Positions 38,601 through 53,121 of a stretch of DNA of 64,000 nt are shown in pieces. Origin of the DNA: Mytilus trossulus (taxonomy: Eukaryota). The notes under the pieces are model-generated. The model had not been told where the DNA came from. It was given only the letters and a program-made list of their open reading frames with translations, and searched no databases. The translations under genes and the position numbers were made by a program. How positions within the stretch are numbered: position 1 is the first letter of the stretch; every line of letters starts with the position of its first letter. The stretch is from contig NC_086386.1 in the NCBI RefSeq assembly GCF_036588685.1, forward strand, positions 12,772,001 through 12,836,000, written 5' to 3'.

Positions 38601-39816
38601 AAAAAAATACAATTAATGTTTTGTACTTTAACAAGAAAAACATATGCAAATTCATTGGATAAAATGCACCTGACTAGATACATCGTTCAAACAAACAAAT
38701 CAAAGTGCTTGTAAACGGTTTCAATTTAGCAGTGGGAAGTACAATTAATTATTGCATTGGTTTTAGTTGATTTTACAGCAATTCTAGACAAAGGACGATA
38801 ACGTCAATTTTTTAAAGATGATTTTAACAATGATATCATGCTTTTTTTTTAAACAGATATAAGATTCTTGCACTTTGCAAAAGTAATGTAGTTTTCTTGA
38901 CATGTGTAAAATCATTTTGTGACCTGAATATCTGATCATAAATAATATTGATACATTTTTGGACATTTTCATGGATAGGATGTTTAGAATGTTATGATCA
39001 ATCAACTATATTTTGTGTATCAAAAAAGGTAGCGATAAGCCTTTTGAACAATTCAGTCCAATAAGGTGTTGATTGCATTTCATTCAATCTTTATTTAATT
39101 ATCTAAAAATTGAAAATGGAATAATAACTAATTAAAACTGCACGAAGTCTAGACATTCTAACTAAAAGATCGTTATAAATTACTTTTTTTAGCATACATT
39201 AAGACTTCTTGTTATTTGACACTTTTTATTTAAAACGCTGACATCGTACATCCTGGCGGATATTGCGTGAACAATTTGCTGCATCAACTCAAATGAGTAT
39301 ATAATCTTTACGTCAACAAGACTGATACTAAGAAATAAGACACATGCATATAAAAAGAGTTTGAAACAATAAATGTATATAAGACATGAATCATTCATAC
39401 TGTTACATGTATTTGCCGGTTAGTTTCCATGTTATATTGTCCTAATATCTGTTGGCTATTATCAAGCTCTTCCCAGTTAAAGGAGGATGTACATATATTA
39501 TATGAGCTTTTTTTTCCTGAAACCTCATTTTCGAGAATAACTATTGCGTCAAGTCATACAGTAAGTTTTACTGATGGATGAACAGGTTGGTATAACATTT
39601 TCAATTCAGAACAGAAATTTCCATTTTTGATGTCATCAAATGAATTGTTTAAGATTCCATTTTCCTTTCATAAAACTCTTTTTTCCTAAGGACTCCAGTC
39701 ATAAATATATATTATTGGCAAGCTGTGGGCTGTTTTGATAGTTTTTGCATTGTTTAAAGCCTTACTCAGTTACACATGGACACACAATAAAAAGATAGGA
39801 GTCATAGAGATACTAT

Positions 39817-40530
39817 ATAAAAAGTAAAATCACAAAAATACTGAACTCAGAGGAAAATCAATACGGAAAGTCCATAATCACATGGCAAAATCAAATAACA
39901 AAACGCATCAAAAACGAAAAGACAAGAACTGTCATATTCCTGACTTGGTACAGGCATTTTCAAATGTAGGAATTAAACCTGGTTCTATAGCGCTAACCCT
40001 CTCTCTTTAATAACATTCTCATCAAATTCCGTTATATTTACATGATGCGTTAAATAAACAGTCACAATTAATAAAATAGTCAAAATATTGGTACATCAGT
40101 CATCATCGCATAACAATTTTAAAAGGCACAATTTTACAGAACAATAACATATTTTTCTACGAACACATTGATTGACTTGAATGTCTGACGTCATAACATT
40201 TGTATACGTCACATAAATTTGTCGTTCAATGTGCATACAAACAGTTTTGAAATCTACATAGGCAATGTAAGCATACAGAGTTAAAAAATCAAAAGTATGT
40301 AAGAACAAATAACAGAAATAGACCGAGATTTAAACTATTTATCCAAACTAGTCCAAAAGTTTTAGGTAGAATTTATGAGAATTCAAAAATAGTTAATTCC
40401 ACTACGCGATTGAATGATTTTGACGTTTGTGGTTCAACGTATATAGTAATTCATAATAGAATTATATCATAATGACATATAATAGACCAAAATAATACTG
40501 ACGGGATAAAGTACAGAGTCACGTAATAAT
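39817..40530. mobile_element. Inserted interspersed repeat (AAAATACTGAACTC..GAACTGTCATATTCCTGACTTGGTACAGG family)
   Basis: The head is repeated in diverged form at 9680, 15775, 44757, 59800 and inverted at 26810-26950; not seen at the corresponding position of unit 1. Ends approximate. Confidence 0.6.
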
Positions 40531-42587
40531 ATATAACAGACTCGAGTCTTGTGTACAACGGTTGTATGTTAGTTAATAGATATATGATAATTTTCTGACA
40601 TGTACCCTTTTTCGTACTTGCAAATATTCATTTTTTTTTAACACGGAATGTAGGTGTTGTACCAATTAATATTACACATGATTAATCTAATAGTTTGACA
40701 AACTGCACAACATAAGAAACGTAATTGAGGTTAACATTCTATTGATGGTAAAACATTAATATATCACCTATATATATACATAGCTATGTGCTATTTATTT
40801 TATTTCACTGAATATTCTGCTTTGTTTTCCTCTGTTTTTGTCAGTTTTGATTTGAATGCAATACAATAGAGTGCTTACATTGAAATTGCTACCCCCTGAG
40901 TTATGGATGAGATAGCTTTGAAACTTACCGTCGAAAACATAGTGTCATTTCATAATGAAGTATATAGTCAAATAAATTAGCACAGGTCCATGTGGGTTTG
41001 GAGGTATTGTTACTAAAAATAAGTTTTCCCGCGGAGTGATATCAATCAAAATATATCCTCGTTTGTTTTATCAAACATGTCCTAGCTAGTGTTGACCAAT
41101 CCACTAATCACAACACAAATTAGAACTATGTAGTACTTAAAGAATAAGACCTAGTAAGAACATTTTCCGCTCTAAATACACAAGATGGATCACCGACTGA
41201 TGAATAATTATTTTTTTTTGGGGGGGGGGGGGGGTAAACATAACACTGAACAAGATCATTTGATCGATTATGCTATGATATAGTTTAGTTTCAAAATGTA
41301 CATAATAGCATAAATTCTTTGAGAAATATATCATGCCCTGTCAGTGTGTAGCGGAATAACGTTTGGGATTTCCGCTATTTAAAGGAGGGAGGATCATGAT
41401 AAACAATCTGAGACAGCTGAAAGAGAAAGAAATACTAAGTAATTTGTACATAATTAAAGTTTTCATAGTAATATGTCAAACATTTTTATTTCTATCAAAG
41501 ATAAAGTTTTTTAAAAGAAAACGAAGAAGCTTTGGCTGGTTATGTATACAGATTGTATCATATAGTTGACGTATAGCAGCAATTTCTGTATGCATAATTA
41601 AAACAAAAGATATACCTAAGCGGTAATAAAAACCATAAGCGTAATAAATCGAAAACAATTTAAACAGTCCAAAACGCTATACAAACAAATACACGCTCGA
41701 CCATAATACATGAGTTTTATAAGACAATATTCATGTAGTATAAAAAAAAGGTGTGGTATGATTGCCAATGAGACAACTGTCCATAAGAGACCAAAATGAC
41801 ACAGACATTACCAACTCTAGGTATTCAACAATGAGCAAAGCCCATACTACATAGTCAGGTATAAAGGGCCCCGATATGACAATGTAAAACAATTCAAACG
41901 AGAAAACTAACGGCCTTATTTATGAGTCACAAGTTTACACAAAATTATTACAAAAACGTCTTGATGAAAATTTGTCTTTACATTTATATGTTGTTTTTTT
42001 TTATTTATTTCAGTAAACTCATACCATGCTTAGAGATCAAGTTAAAACATTTTTTTATATTTTTCCTATGACAAAATTTGTCAAAATATCAGAATGAACG
42101 GATTTTGTTGAGACGTTTTATTCCCAGTGGACTAAATGTCAGTAGTGAAACATAAAACATACAGGAAAAGTGATGGTTATCAGTAATATAGTTGACAGAT
42201 AAACGGCAAATATTACTTAATCAACTACATAGGACATCCTATAAAATAACACCATGTTAAAACGGTTCCTGTCGTGACTGACACGTCCATAGCAGATAAT
42301 TGACCATATGATTCCCTGGAAATCCATATAAAATGGCACTGTTGGATATCTATACAAAATGGCTTAGAATGTTGATAGTACAATAGATATTTCATTATAA
42401 AGTGAACCATTCGAACAGACTGATCTGAGAAATCAAAATCAAAGATATACATATCAAAAAAATCAAATCTTTAATTTATCATGTTTATACAGATAAAAAT
42501 ATTTACTGTCATTATTTGAGATATTTTTGTTGCAACTGAAGTAAATTAGTAAAGGTAAAAAAATCAATCCTGATCGGTTGGTTTGAA

Positions 42588-43656
42588 TAAAATTGAGAAT
42601 AGAAATGGGGAATGTGTCAAAGAGACAACAACCCGACCAAATAAAAAAACAACAGCAGAAGGTCACCCACAGGTCTTCAATGTAGCGAGAAATTCCCGCA
42701 CCCGGAGGCGTCCTTCAGCTGGCCCCTAAACGAATATATATACTAGTTCAGTGATAATGAACACCATACTAATATCCAAATTGTACACAAGAAACTAAAA
42801 TTAAAATAATACAAGACTAACAAAGGCCAGAGGCTCCTGACTTGGGACAGGCGCAAAAATGCGGCGGGGTTAAACATGTTTGTGAGATCTCAACCCTCCC
42901 CCTATACCTCTAACCAATGTAGAAAAGTAAACGCATAACAAAACGCACATTAAAATTCAGTTCAAGAGAAGTCCGAGTCTGATGTCAGAAGATGTAACCA
43001 AAGAAAATAAACAAAATGACAATAATACATAAATAACAACAGACTACTGGCAGTTAACTGACTTGCCAGCTCCAGACTTCAATTAAACTGACTGAAAGAT
43101 TATGATTTTATCATATGAACATCAGGCCCAATCCTTCCCGTTAGGGGTTTAGTATCATACCATCATAACATATATGAGAAAAACATAACGCGTGTCATGC
43201 AAACAACTGTTTTTAGAATAAATGTGTTTAGTTCCGACGCAAAGACCTTATCAGTGACTCAATATTAACGCCAAAATATGCAATCTTTAATGACTTGACA
43301 ACAGTATCGTAATTATATCCCTTCTTAATAAGTCTATTCAAATGGTTTGTAAGTTTCTGAGGTGAATACTAACACCTTTGTGCTTTATAAAGAATATTTC
43401 CATAAAAAAAATTGGATGTGAAATACTTGAGCGTATAAGAAGTCTGCATGTTGAGCTATATTTACGAATGATGTCTTTATACCGATGAAAAAAATTAGTA
43501 AATGTTTTGACTAGTTTTTTTTATATCGAAAATCCTGGTGTAATAATTTTTAAGTAATACATAAATTTATCTCGTTAAATTCTAAAACATTGTTACATAC
43601 ACGAGCGAATCGTACAAGTTTAAATATATACACACCGTAAGATGGTGACAAGGGAA
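42588..43656 (-). mobile_element. Second 5'-truncated Naiad copy (3' UTR plus mutated RT C-terminus)
   Basis: Aligns to 33717-34787; replaces about 240 bp present in unit 1 (12848-13090). Confidence 0.92.
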
Positions 43657-46600
43657 TATTTTTTTATTCTTCAAATTCTTACGTTTTAATTACAACGTTG
43701 AAACACTTTATAGATGAACATTTCCCTCTATCTTTCACTGTTTCAAATGATCTAAATATACATGTAATGTTTTCAATGTTATCTGATTTTTCAAAAAGGT
43801 TTATACAGATGGATATTTCTAATTGATGTATACTAGCTTATTTTAATGTTTATTCCTTTTTGTGTTTCCCGCTTATCTTCATAAATCCAATTTCCATTTG
43901 AATGCACATGACAAATTTTCCCAGCAATAAGGGGAAATCACAGAAAGGAATCACACAGTTAAATTTAGGAAATGTACAGAAAAGAAGAAACTTGATTAAC
44001 GATCAAATTGTGATTGATTAAACTGTCATGTTTATTCTTTCGTTAATACAATTCTTTGTGCACACTATTCTGTAGCTACTAACTAGTGCCCTTTTCAAGT
44101 AATGCCCGTTTTTGTTCATTTTTCATATATCTATGAACTTTTTTTAAAATGTGTAAAGTATTCCTTGGAAGTAATGTAGCCGCACAATTTTAAATCGGAA
44201 ACAACATAGTATAAATGACTAAATAACACTCTGTTCTTCAATTCACGATGCAACTAAACTGAAATCTTCAAATCCTTGCAAAATAAGCTTTAATGAAGAT
44301 TGCAAAGTTATCGACTACAATCTGGCTAATTAACTTCCTTTTCGGCATCGATTCGGAAACATTTTATAACCTTGTAGAGATGAAGTTGACATGGTGTACT
44401 AAAAGCGGTATAATGAATAGTCACAATATCCGGCCGGTCTTTGGCAGTAAGATCGCTGAACATACAGCGAAATTCTGAAAAACTGTTTACAACTACATGT
44501 GTACAAAATAAACAATAAGTAACATAGTAATTTAACTATACTGACTTATCCTGGTATTGACTCCTGGCATACAATTATAATTGCTTGACTGTTAACTAAT
44601 ATCCCCCTTCCCCCAAAAACAAAATTAAAACAAACCTTATTGATTTGACGAAGGGAGTTTACAAAGCTAAAGTAGGTTCTAACGTTTTTTAGCTGGCATA
44701 TATATAAACTATCTAAAGCTGTTCGATGTACAATGTAAGCAAAATATAACAAACGCAAAAATACGGAACTCCGAGGAAATTCAAATCGGAAAGTCTATTG
44801 TCAAATAGCAAAATCAAAAGCCCAAACACACATAACGAATGGAGAACAACTGCCATCGATGTGTCTTCAAAATTAATGATAGCAGTTATTTCGCTATTCA
44901 ATGCGTGTAGAGAAATCATTTTGAATTCATGCATTATCCCCTTTTTTTATAAAGTTAGATCAACATAAGACACATGTGTTTATAGAATGCTTCTTTCAAT
45001 TGTTCTTTTTTTATTTTAGAAAAGATGAATATAGATACAAGAGACTATTAACAATATGCCATCAATATACAATTGACACAGCAGTGTCTATTATGATGAT
45101 CTAGCTAAAACGGAAGGGTTCAATTTATCGTCTGGTATACACCAACGAAATATGTTTCAACCCTTTTCTATATCTTCATCCCTTTTGTTTGTTGGAGTGC
45201 AAAGTCTTGTAGATGAGTGTTTGTCACATATTGTATTTTTTTTTTTTTTTTTTTACATTTGTCATTTATTGTTTAGATAACACACTTTTAACTATTTATG
45301 GCGTATCATTAGTATCATTTTCAAATTTTAACCATGTGTAGTAATAGAGTATAATGCAACTTCTCACATGAGTTTTTATATAACAAAATATAGAAATGGT
45401 GTGATTGCCAATGAGACAATTCGTCACAAGAGAACGATTGACACAAACATTACAACTATAGGTCACCATCCGGTCTTCAACAATGAACAAAGCCCATACT
45501 CCATTTTCAACTATAAAAGACACCGAAATGACAAATAAAAAACGATCCAAAAGAGAAAACTAAGGGCCCAATTTTTGCACAAACAAATGAACGAAAAGGC
45601 AGGTAAGTAACACAGCAACCATCGAAAACCAGTAACTTACAAGCTCTTAACTTTGGACACGCACCTACATACAGAATCTGGCGTGTCTCAACAAGTCAGC
45701 GGTATTGTATGCCTCTTATATGCCGGTTACAAGGTCAACTAATAAAGCTTATATTTTGTTCTTTTTTTTTTTTATGCAATGCAGACTTTAAACACAGTTT
45801 ATTTATTTATTCATTATCTACACTTGATCTTCAAGTACTTTTTTGTGCCTCCATACAAACATATAAATAAACCATTGAAACTTTGGAAATGATGACAAAG
45901 TTCAGAACAAATGTATTGGAATCAATAATCTCCAAGCCTAAGTAATCCATACAATTTGTTTTTTTTAAATTGGTCATGACCAAAGTCCGTAATTCATATT
46001 AAGTTTTCATTACTATGCATTAATGGAAGGAAAATACTGTAACGCTAGCCCACGTGGGATTCATATCTGATATTTCATTCATTTGGTAGAAGTGTTTAAT
46101 TTTTCTTCATTTCCTTTAGTGACACCGTTTAGCGTGAACTTATGAATACCAGTCGCCGTTAGATATCACTTGATTTACTTGGCTGCTGATGTTTTCAGGT
46201 TTATTCATATTATGATATTAGCTTAAACATTTGCTTAAAATAGATAAAAAATCAAATAAAACAATGATTCGTGTTTTTTGTATTGGACAGTTTTTCACTT
46301 CTACGTTAGCTGAAATGTAAATGTGTAAGTTTGATACACCTTTTTGTTCGTATGAATCACTTTAAGTAGCTATTGTAAAAACATCCAATATCTCATCAAA
46401 TATTTGTACGAACTACGCCATCTTGACATTTCACTCCATATCAGAATCATACGGTACTATTGGCCAACCGTGTAATAAAATGTTGACAAGCTTTATTCTT
46501 CCTAAAATTCATCTCAATTCTTTAATCAAATGGTTTTGTCTTTATTGTAGGCATAACGACGTTACGATGAACTAACAAGAAAAAAGGTTAAATTTGTTTT

Positions 46601-47148
46601 TCCTGGTGTACAATGTAAACCAACCAATCTATCAACACAATTAATGATTATTTACAATTTTAGAGATGATCTCATGGTTCGCACCAATTCATATTTTGAC
46701 TGCTGTATTTTTAAACAGAAAGATGGATGTGGTATGAGACAACTATCCAAAATATAATTAATGTAAGCTACTATATAAATATAGGTTACCGAAAGAAGTT
46801 ATAAAACCAAATGTACTCTTAGGGATAAGATGTATCACTATCTGAGTTATCTTTCTCTTGAAAGATATTAGTATAAAACCATGGAAATGTGGTATAATAA
46901 TGAAAGAGACATGCATCCACCAGAGACCTAATGATCGTTTTGAATAGTCGTAGTTTTTGTAAATCTGTTAAACACTTTTCCATTTTATTTATTACAAAGC
47001 TGTTACAATTAGATTACAACGGACGTTTCAGCAATATAGTATCATGTCACGATAAAATGCAAATGTTGTTCTCATCACAAACTATTTCACCATGAGTTAG
47101 ATTAAATATTGATGTTTGGATGTTTGCATCTTACTATATATATATACC

Positions 47149-48944
47149 GACTACATTGAAGAAGGGAATCGTCAGCTTTCAAATACAAAATTTTACAAAC
47201 ATTTAGAAAGTGATCCTACAAAAGAAATAAGTAAACAAATTAATGAGGTCCTTTCAGTCATGAACAGCAAAACACATATTGATGACGACACGTACGACTA
47301 TCTACGCCCTGATGAAACCTGCACAGCCGGTCGATGTTACTTGCTTCCAAAACTCCATAAAGAAGGGATTCCGGGAAGACCGATAGTATCTGCAAATGGC
47401 CATCCAACCGAAAAAAATATCTGAATTCGTGGATTACCATCTCAGACCACATGTTAGAACAATGCCATCTTACATTCAAGATACTACAGATTATTTGAAG
47501 AAAATGGATTCATTAAACCCCTTACCAAACAACACAATTTTGGTATCGATGGATGTGTCTTCTTTGTAAACAAATGTTCCGAAAAATGAAGGAATAGTCG
47601 CTTGTGAACAGGTATGGAACAATCGTAAGGATAAACACCCCCCCAACAGACTATCTGGTTCAGTTGCTGAGACTAGTGCTTGAAAACAACAATTTTGTAT
47701 TCAACGACCAGCACTACTTGCAGGATGACGGTACCAGTATGGGAACCAAAATGGCACCTTCTTTTGCCAACATTTTCATGGGGAGTCTCGAAGAACGCAT
47801 CCTTTCGAATGTACCATACAAACCCTTGCCTTGGCTCCGTTATATTGATGACATCGACATCAAATGGAACGAAACTGCAGAACGCCTGCAAGAATTTCTC
47901 GATTTCTGTAACAACTTTCATCAATCGATAAAGTTCACATCTGAAGTTTCAAATGAGAAAATTGCGTTTCTCGACACCACCATAACTTTAGAAAACGGAG
48001 TCATGACAACAGACCTTCACACCCAAAAAACTGATAAACACCAATTTCTCTCTCCGAAGAGTTGTCACCCGAAACACTGCTCCCGGAGCATTCCGTACAG
48101 CCAAGCCATCAGGTTAAAACGGATTTGTTCATCGGAATCAAAGTTAAACCATCGTTTAGGGCAACTCAGACAGCAACTCAGATCAAGAGGTTATACGAAC
48201 AAAAGTATTTCAGAAGCTTTCGGAAAAGCAAACGAAAAAGAACGAACAAACCTACTTGAATACAAAGAAAAGACGGCCCGGACAAATAAAATCCCGTTTG
48301 TTGTTAGCTTTCATCCTCATCTGACAAATATTTCATCAATTGTCCACAAACACTGGCGTCTTATTGAAAATGATCCTTCCTTAAACGAGATTTTTCCATC
48401 ACCTCCCGTTATGGCTTACCGCAGACCAAAAAACCTCAAAGATAATTTAGTATCATCGAAAGTATCTAAACGGGAGATATCAACAATCGGAGGTTATAAA
48501 AAATGCGGAAGGGGCAATTGTAAGTGCTGCAAAGTCGCCAATATAGAAACCCAGTTCATCAGCACAGTCACAAAGAAAAATTACAACATATTTATAACAT
48601 CAAATTGCAAAACGCAAAATTGCATTTATGTTCTAACGTGTGGAACTTGCAAATTACAATATGTTGCTGAAACAGAAACCCCATTTAACATCCGACTAAA
48701 TAACCAGCGGTCATATTATACAAAAGAAAGGAACTGCCCAATTACAAGACACCTTTTAGGGGGAGAACAAGATTTTGAAAACATCACATTTCAAATCATT
48801 GAGAAAAATCAAAATTGGGATACACAAGGAAGACAAAAAAGAGAGAGATTTTGGATGCACCAGTTACGAACTCTTGAACCTGATGGACTCAATGAGAGAG
48901 ACGAAAAAAGATTTCAAAGCAAATCAAAACCAAAGTTATCTTGA
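47149..48944 (+). pseudogene. PLE RT-GIY-YIG polyprotein pseudogene
   Basis: DYIEEGNRQL, LLPKLHK, GRPIVS, SMDVSSL*TNVP (TAA 47567-47569), GTSMGTKMAP, RYIDDI, FLDT, linker CGRGNCKCC, CIYVLTCGTCKLQYVAET, RERFW..L.TLEPDGLN; +1 frameshifts in A7 (47411-47417) and C7 (47638-47644). Confidence 0.93.
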
Positions 48945-49157
48945 AATCATACAAATTAATTTATAAAAATTCATACAAATAATCGAACATCTATAAATGT
49001 GTTATGTGTTAAACTTTTATTCCAACTTCATGTAGTTGTAGCTACAAACATATTTTATGACCGAATTATTATGTTACACTTTCCCTCAAATCTTGTATAT
49101 ATTTAGCTACACAAATCTTTTTTTTGTCATGCATCCGATTTCACCTTGAGAGATGCA

Positions 49158-49197
49158 CACGCCTGATGAAGCTAATTTGTTTAGCGAAATATTGCGT
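49158..49197 (+). ncRNA. Minimal type I hammerhead ribozyme of the PLE
   Basis: ACGC-CTGATGA(49163-49169)-A-GCTAA-TTTGT-TTAGC-GAAA(49186-49189)-TA-TT-GCGT: stem II GCTAA/TTAGC, stem I ACGC/GCGT, palindromic vestigial stem III. Confidence 0.8.
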
Positions 49198-49371
49198 ATT
49201 TCTATTTAACATCTAATAGAACTTTTTAATGTATCAATTAGTGTGTTTTAGTTATATTCTTAGACATTTATATAATTTTAATTCAGTAACTGTATCAGTT
49301 TATTTTCACAAACTGATCCACGCTTAATTAGATTGAATGTTGATTGTTGCTATTTTTAGACATTATATATA

Positions 49372-49456
49372 TGTACGTCTGAGTCAGTGACAACCCTACA
49401 ACAGATGTGTCCATCGGATCGCCATCAATGATGGTGATACATCGCTGTGTACATAA
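49372..49456 (-). mobile_element. Short fragment of a (TA)n-associated element
   Basis: Lies between TA-rich spacers; hairpin at 49418-49438; minus-strand end TGTTGTAGGGTTG..AGACGTACA(TA)n. Confidence 0.5.
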
Positions 49457-49458
49457 AA

Positions 49459-49644
49459 TACAACTCGTCTAAACATCAACCTAACAATGTTAGATCTGTA
49501 AATTTGCTTTTGCAAATTTTTGGTTCTTCCCTCGCCGGGATTCGAACCCATGCTACTGTGATATCGTGACACCAAATCGTCTGCACTGCAGCCGTCCCGC
49601 TAGACCACACGACCACCTGGGCTCTGAGAGTTAGACGAGTTGTA
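49459..49644 (-). mobile_element. tRNA-headed element with an inverted terminal stub
   Basis: 49459-49625 is the reverse complement of 53981-54147 with 3 mismatches; 49631-49644 TTAGACGAGTTGTA is an inverted copy of its 3' end, followed by (TA)n. Confidence 0.85.
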
Positions 49645-52600
49645 TATATATATATATATGTATTACGCTTCATAAATAAAATACGGACTTTTTAATAAAA
49701 CATGTACAATTCAATTTGGGGAAACGAATGTTGAAATGTAAAAAAAACCATATAGAAATTAAGAAGTGTATTACCGATGCAATGTTTGGTTCTATGGATT
49801 AATATACGGGTACTTTTTTACAATTACCTAGACACAAATATTACCAGAGATGCCCAATGAATTACAGGCTTCTGTCTTGGTACAGGCACATGGCGGAAAC
49901 GGCTGGTTTAGACATGTTTGTGAGCAATCCATCTTCTCCTAATCTTTGGCAGTGGTGTAACAGTAGAACAAACGCTAAAAATCGATATAATCGATACAAA
50001 TAGATAAACTCAATAGATCACTTCACAAAACACGACCCCCGCTTAAACTATTATTCCAGCAATAGACACAAAGTCTCGAAAAAAAAAGAGTACTTTATAA
50101 AAGCAATTGAATTTACTTTCAGGAGATAACTCCTTTAGGCATTTTATTCAAAATAGAAATTAAAGCGTGTTAAAACAGATTCACTTGAAACTATTTGAAA
50201 TAATGTTATGACATAATATTTTTCTTCACCATTTAGTTTAAAATATCCTTTCCATTTAAATGTTGTATTTTCTAGGCTGGTGGCCAATTCGTTTCCTTGT
50301 CCTACAGGAATAAATCAAATGTCAACAATAACAAGTTGATTGCAGTGATTATAGGGGGAATTTACTAAGAAACTTGTACTTCTGATATCAAAATTAAGAG
50401 TCACTGGTTAACTAATTAAGCTTAATGATATATATTATTTCAGTGCTACAATATTAAACTTGACATGGTTATGCAAGTGAGAAATTAATAAAGTGTTATA
50501 CTTATGATATTTGACTATACCAATTAAAGTATTTTCAAGATTCAAGTGTAAGAACAAACATTATTCATTACTACAAAATTCACTTTTTCTAAACTTTCTG
50601 TTGCGAAGATTGTCTAAGTTCAGTTTATCGTTGTTTGACAAAGTCATGCGATACAAATAAATCAGAATATGAATAAAATTATATTAAACAACCTTTTTTT
50701 TACGTATAAAAAAAAATAAAGAGATTTAAAGCATACGAATATTTGATGCATTAAACTTCCTGATATTGTAGTATATGCTTGAACTATGAGTTATATTTAT
50801 CACGTACATTACTGAAATCCACGACCATCAATTACTATGTATTAAAAGATGGTGTATGGTTGCCAAATGAGACATCTCTCAAAGAAAGACTAAATAAAGT
50901 AGATGTCAGAAACCAAATGTAACTGTATGTATAGTTAGCTATAAAAGGTGGTTTGTGTTATTTACAAACGCCCAACTCATTCACTAAATTGGTTTCTGTA
51001 AGTGTTTCATTTAAAAGGCTTCGATCAATATCGTATTAAAAGAAAACACTTCATTTTGTTCTTGAGGAGAAAATTTGAAGTTGAGACAATTTAAACAAAG
51101 ATTATTGTCGATTTCGCCCAATGGACTACCAAATTTTTTTAAACGAACATAGAATACACACCATAAGAGGAAGAGCACTTATCTCTATATAGACTATACT
51201 ATATATAACAAAGTCAGATACACAAACAAAGCAATAATAAGCAATACTATTTTAAAGGATGATTGAATTTACTGAGACCTACCTATTTATATTAAATTAT
51301 GTCATTTTACAACAGTTTTATTAGTAGCTTTACTTTGTATGACTTTCTAAACAAACAGTACATCATTTCGAGTAAAGTAGATAATGCAAATGCATGCACA
51401 ATTAATTTTATCCATGTAGTGCCATTAACAAAAAAATTCCCCACTAACCTATATTTTTCTTTTCATAATTCTAATACACACAGTTTAAACAGCTGTATTT
51501 TAAAAGGGTAGAAATCCTTGTAATTTCTTCAACATATGATTTTACGATCACCTGGACCCTTATTTTTTTTCTGCTTTTTCTGTTCCTTTATGTGTATACT
51601 AAAAAATCCAAACGGTCTTTTAAAAAGCTTGTTATTTTGAAACAGGATAGGGAACATCATCAAAACTATAAATAAACCACCTGACGTTTAGACCTCTGAA
51701 TGTCAATAACAGCCGTGTAATTATAACCTCCCTGAAATAGATTTGAATCCAGAAGAACCATTTGAAGACTCATGTGTTTAATCAATAACATACCCGTACA
51801 TAGATGCATGTTTAATAACACATATCTATAAAACGGTATAATTATACGCTCATAACAACGCTTGCCGTTTGGAAAATAAATGCTATTGTAACGAAATAAA
51901 ATTGAGATTGGAAATGGGGAATGTATCAAAGAGAGTATATCTTAAAAACTGAATCAATACAATGTGGTACCTTTTATTTACTAAAAACAAAAACTGTTCA
52001 AAAACTAAACACATGACTGAATATAACACTATTTAAATAATAATATCTTTTAACTTCGGAAGTACATTTTAGATATTTGTTTGTCAAATGAAAGCCTAGT
52101 TTGATTTTGCAAAATTTCTTGTATGAAATCTAAGTTCTTGATAGTTAACGTCCTCTATTTGTTGTTCAATCTATAACGATTAAACAATGATTGTCAAGAC
52201 AAGTGTACACCCCGTTGCTTTTTCTACAACAAATAGAAAGAGATTACATACATTTCCTAAGGAAAATAAATTTTAGATATTTCAGGAAACGAACTTCGGT
52301 GATTCAGATAAAAATCAAAGAAGATACTACGCTACACTACACCCTTTTCTTTCCAATTATTGTTTGTACTTGACTTAAGCCAAATTTATATAAAGGTTTT
52401 AGTGAAATAGGTTATTAACGTAAAGACATCGTTCGAAAATACTTTCCATGGTGTTCCTACTATAAATAAATGATTAAAGTAGTTATTCTTAATTCTATAT
52501 ACAATGCTTCCCCAGAGGATTAATCTATTCAAAACATTTTAATTTGTGCTTGTTGTCTTTTCTATAATAATGATTTAACAGACAGTTTGATACAGACATT

Positions 52601-53121
52601 GATTTATAAAGTGTTTTGGGGAGTACATGTATATATGCTTTTCAGTGATCTAATTGAAATCTAGAATATACCATGTCTCCTAGATTTTAACTCAACTACT
52701 TAAGATACAGAATGGTTCTCAACAAGAACAATATGTGATGCAATTAAACTTTGCAATTACAGATTTGCATTCTTGAGTAATTAAATTATAATTGTAATGC
52801 ACGCATATAAGTTTGTCTTGTATTGTAGTAAGTAGAAACTGCTGCAAACAATAGATAAACATCTTCAGATACAATCGATCATTTCGAGTGAACAAAATTG
52901 AAACAATGAAAACATTAGCTTTGCAATGAATTATGTTTATTTTAGAAAAATGAAAAGGTTTTCACATTATATAAATGATTAGATACTCTGAATGACTGAT
53001 GACTGTAATTATAAAAGATAATAGATTGAAGGTATTTGATTTTTGGACTTGTTTAAACAAACAAACAACTGTGTTGTCTACTGCCCTTTACAAAATTGTA
53101 ATTGGTGTGTTGCATGTATGC

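Larger units (their letters stand above)
47147..49363 (+). mobile_element. 5'-truncated Neptune-type Penelope-like element in (TA)n
   Basis: (TA)6 at 47135-47146 and TA run at 49364-49372; RT + Cys linker + GIY-YIG; hammerhead in the 3' region; absent from unit 1. Confidence 0.88.

Noticed and set aside
47604-47640. Start of the 446-aa track ORF (MNRYGTIVRINT)
   Set aside because: Out-of-frame sequence before the C7 frameshift; the true RT frame reads ACEQVWNNRKDKHPPTDYL.
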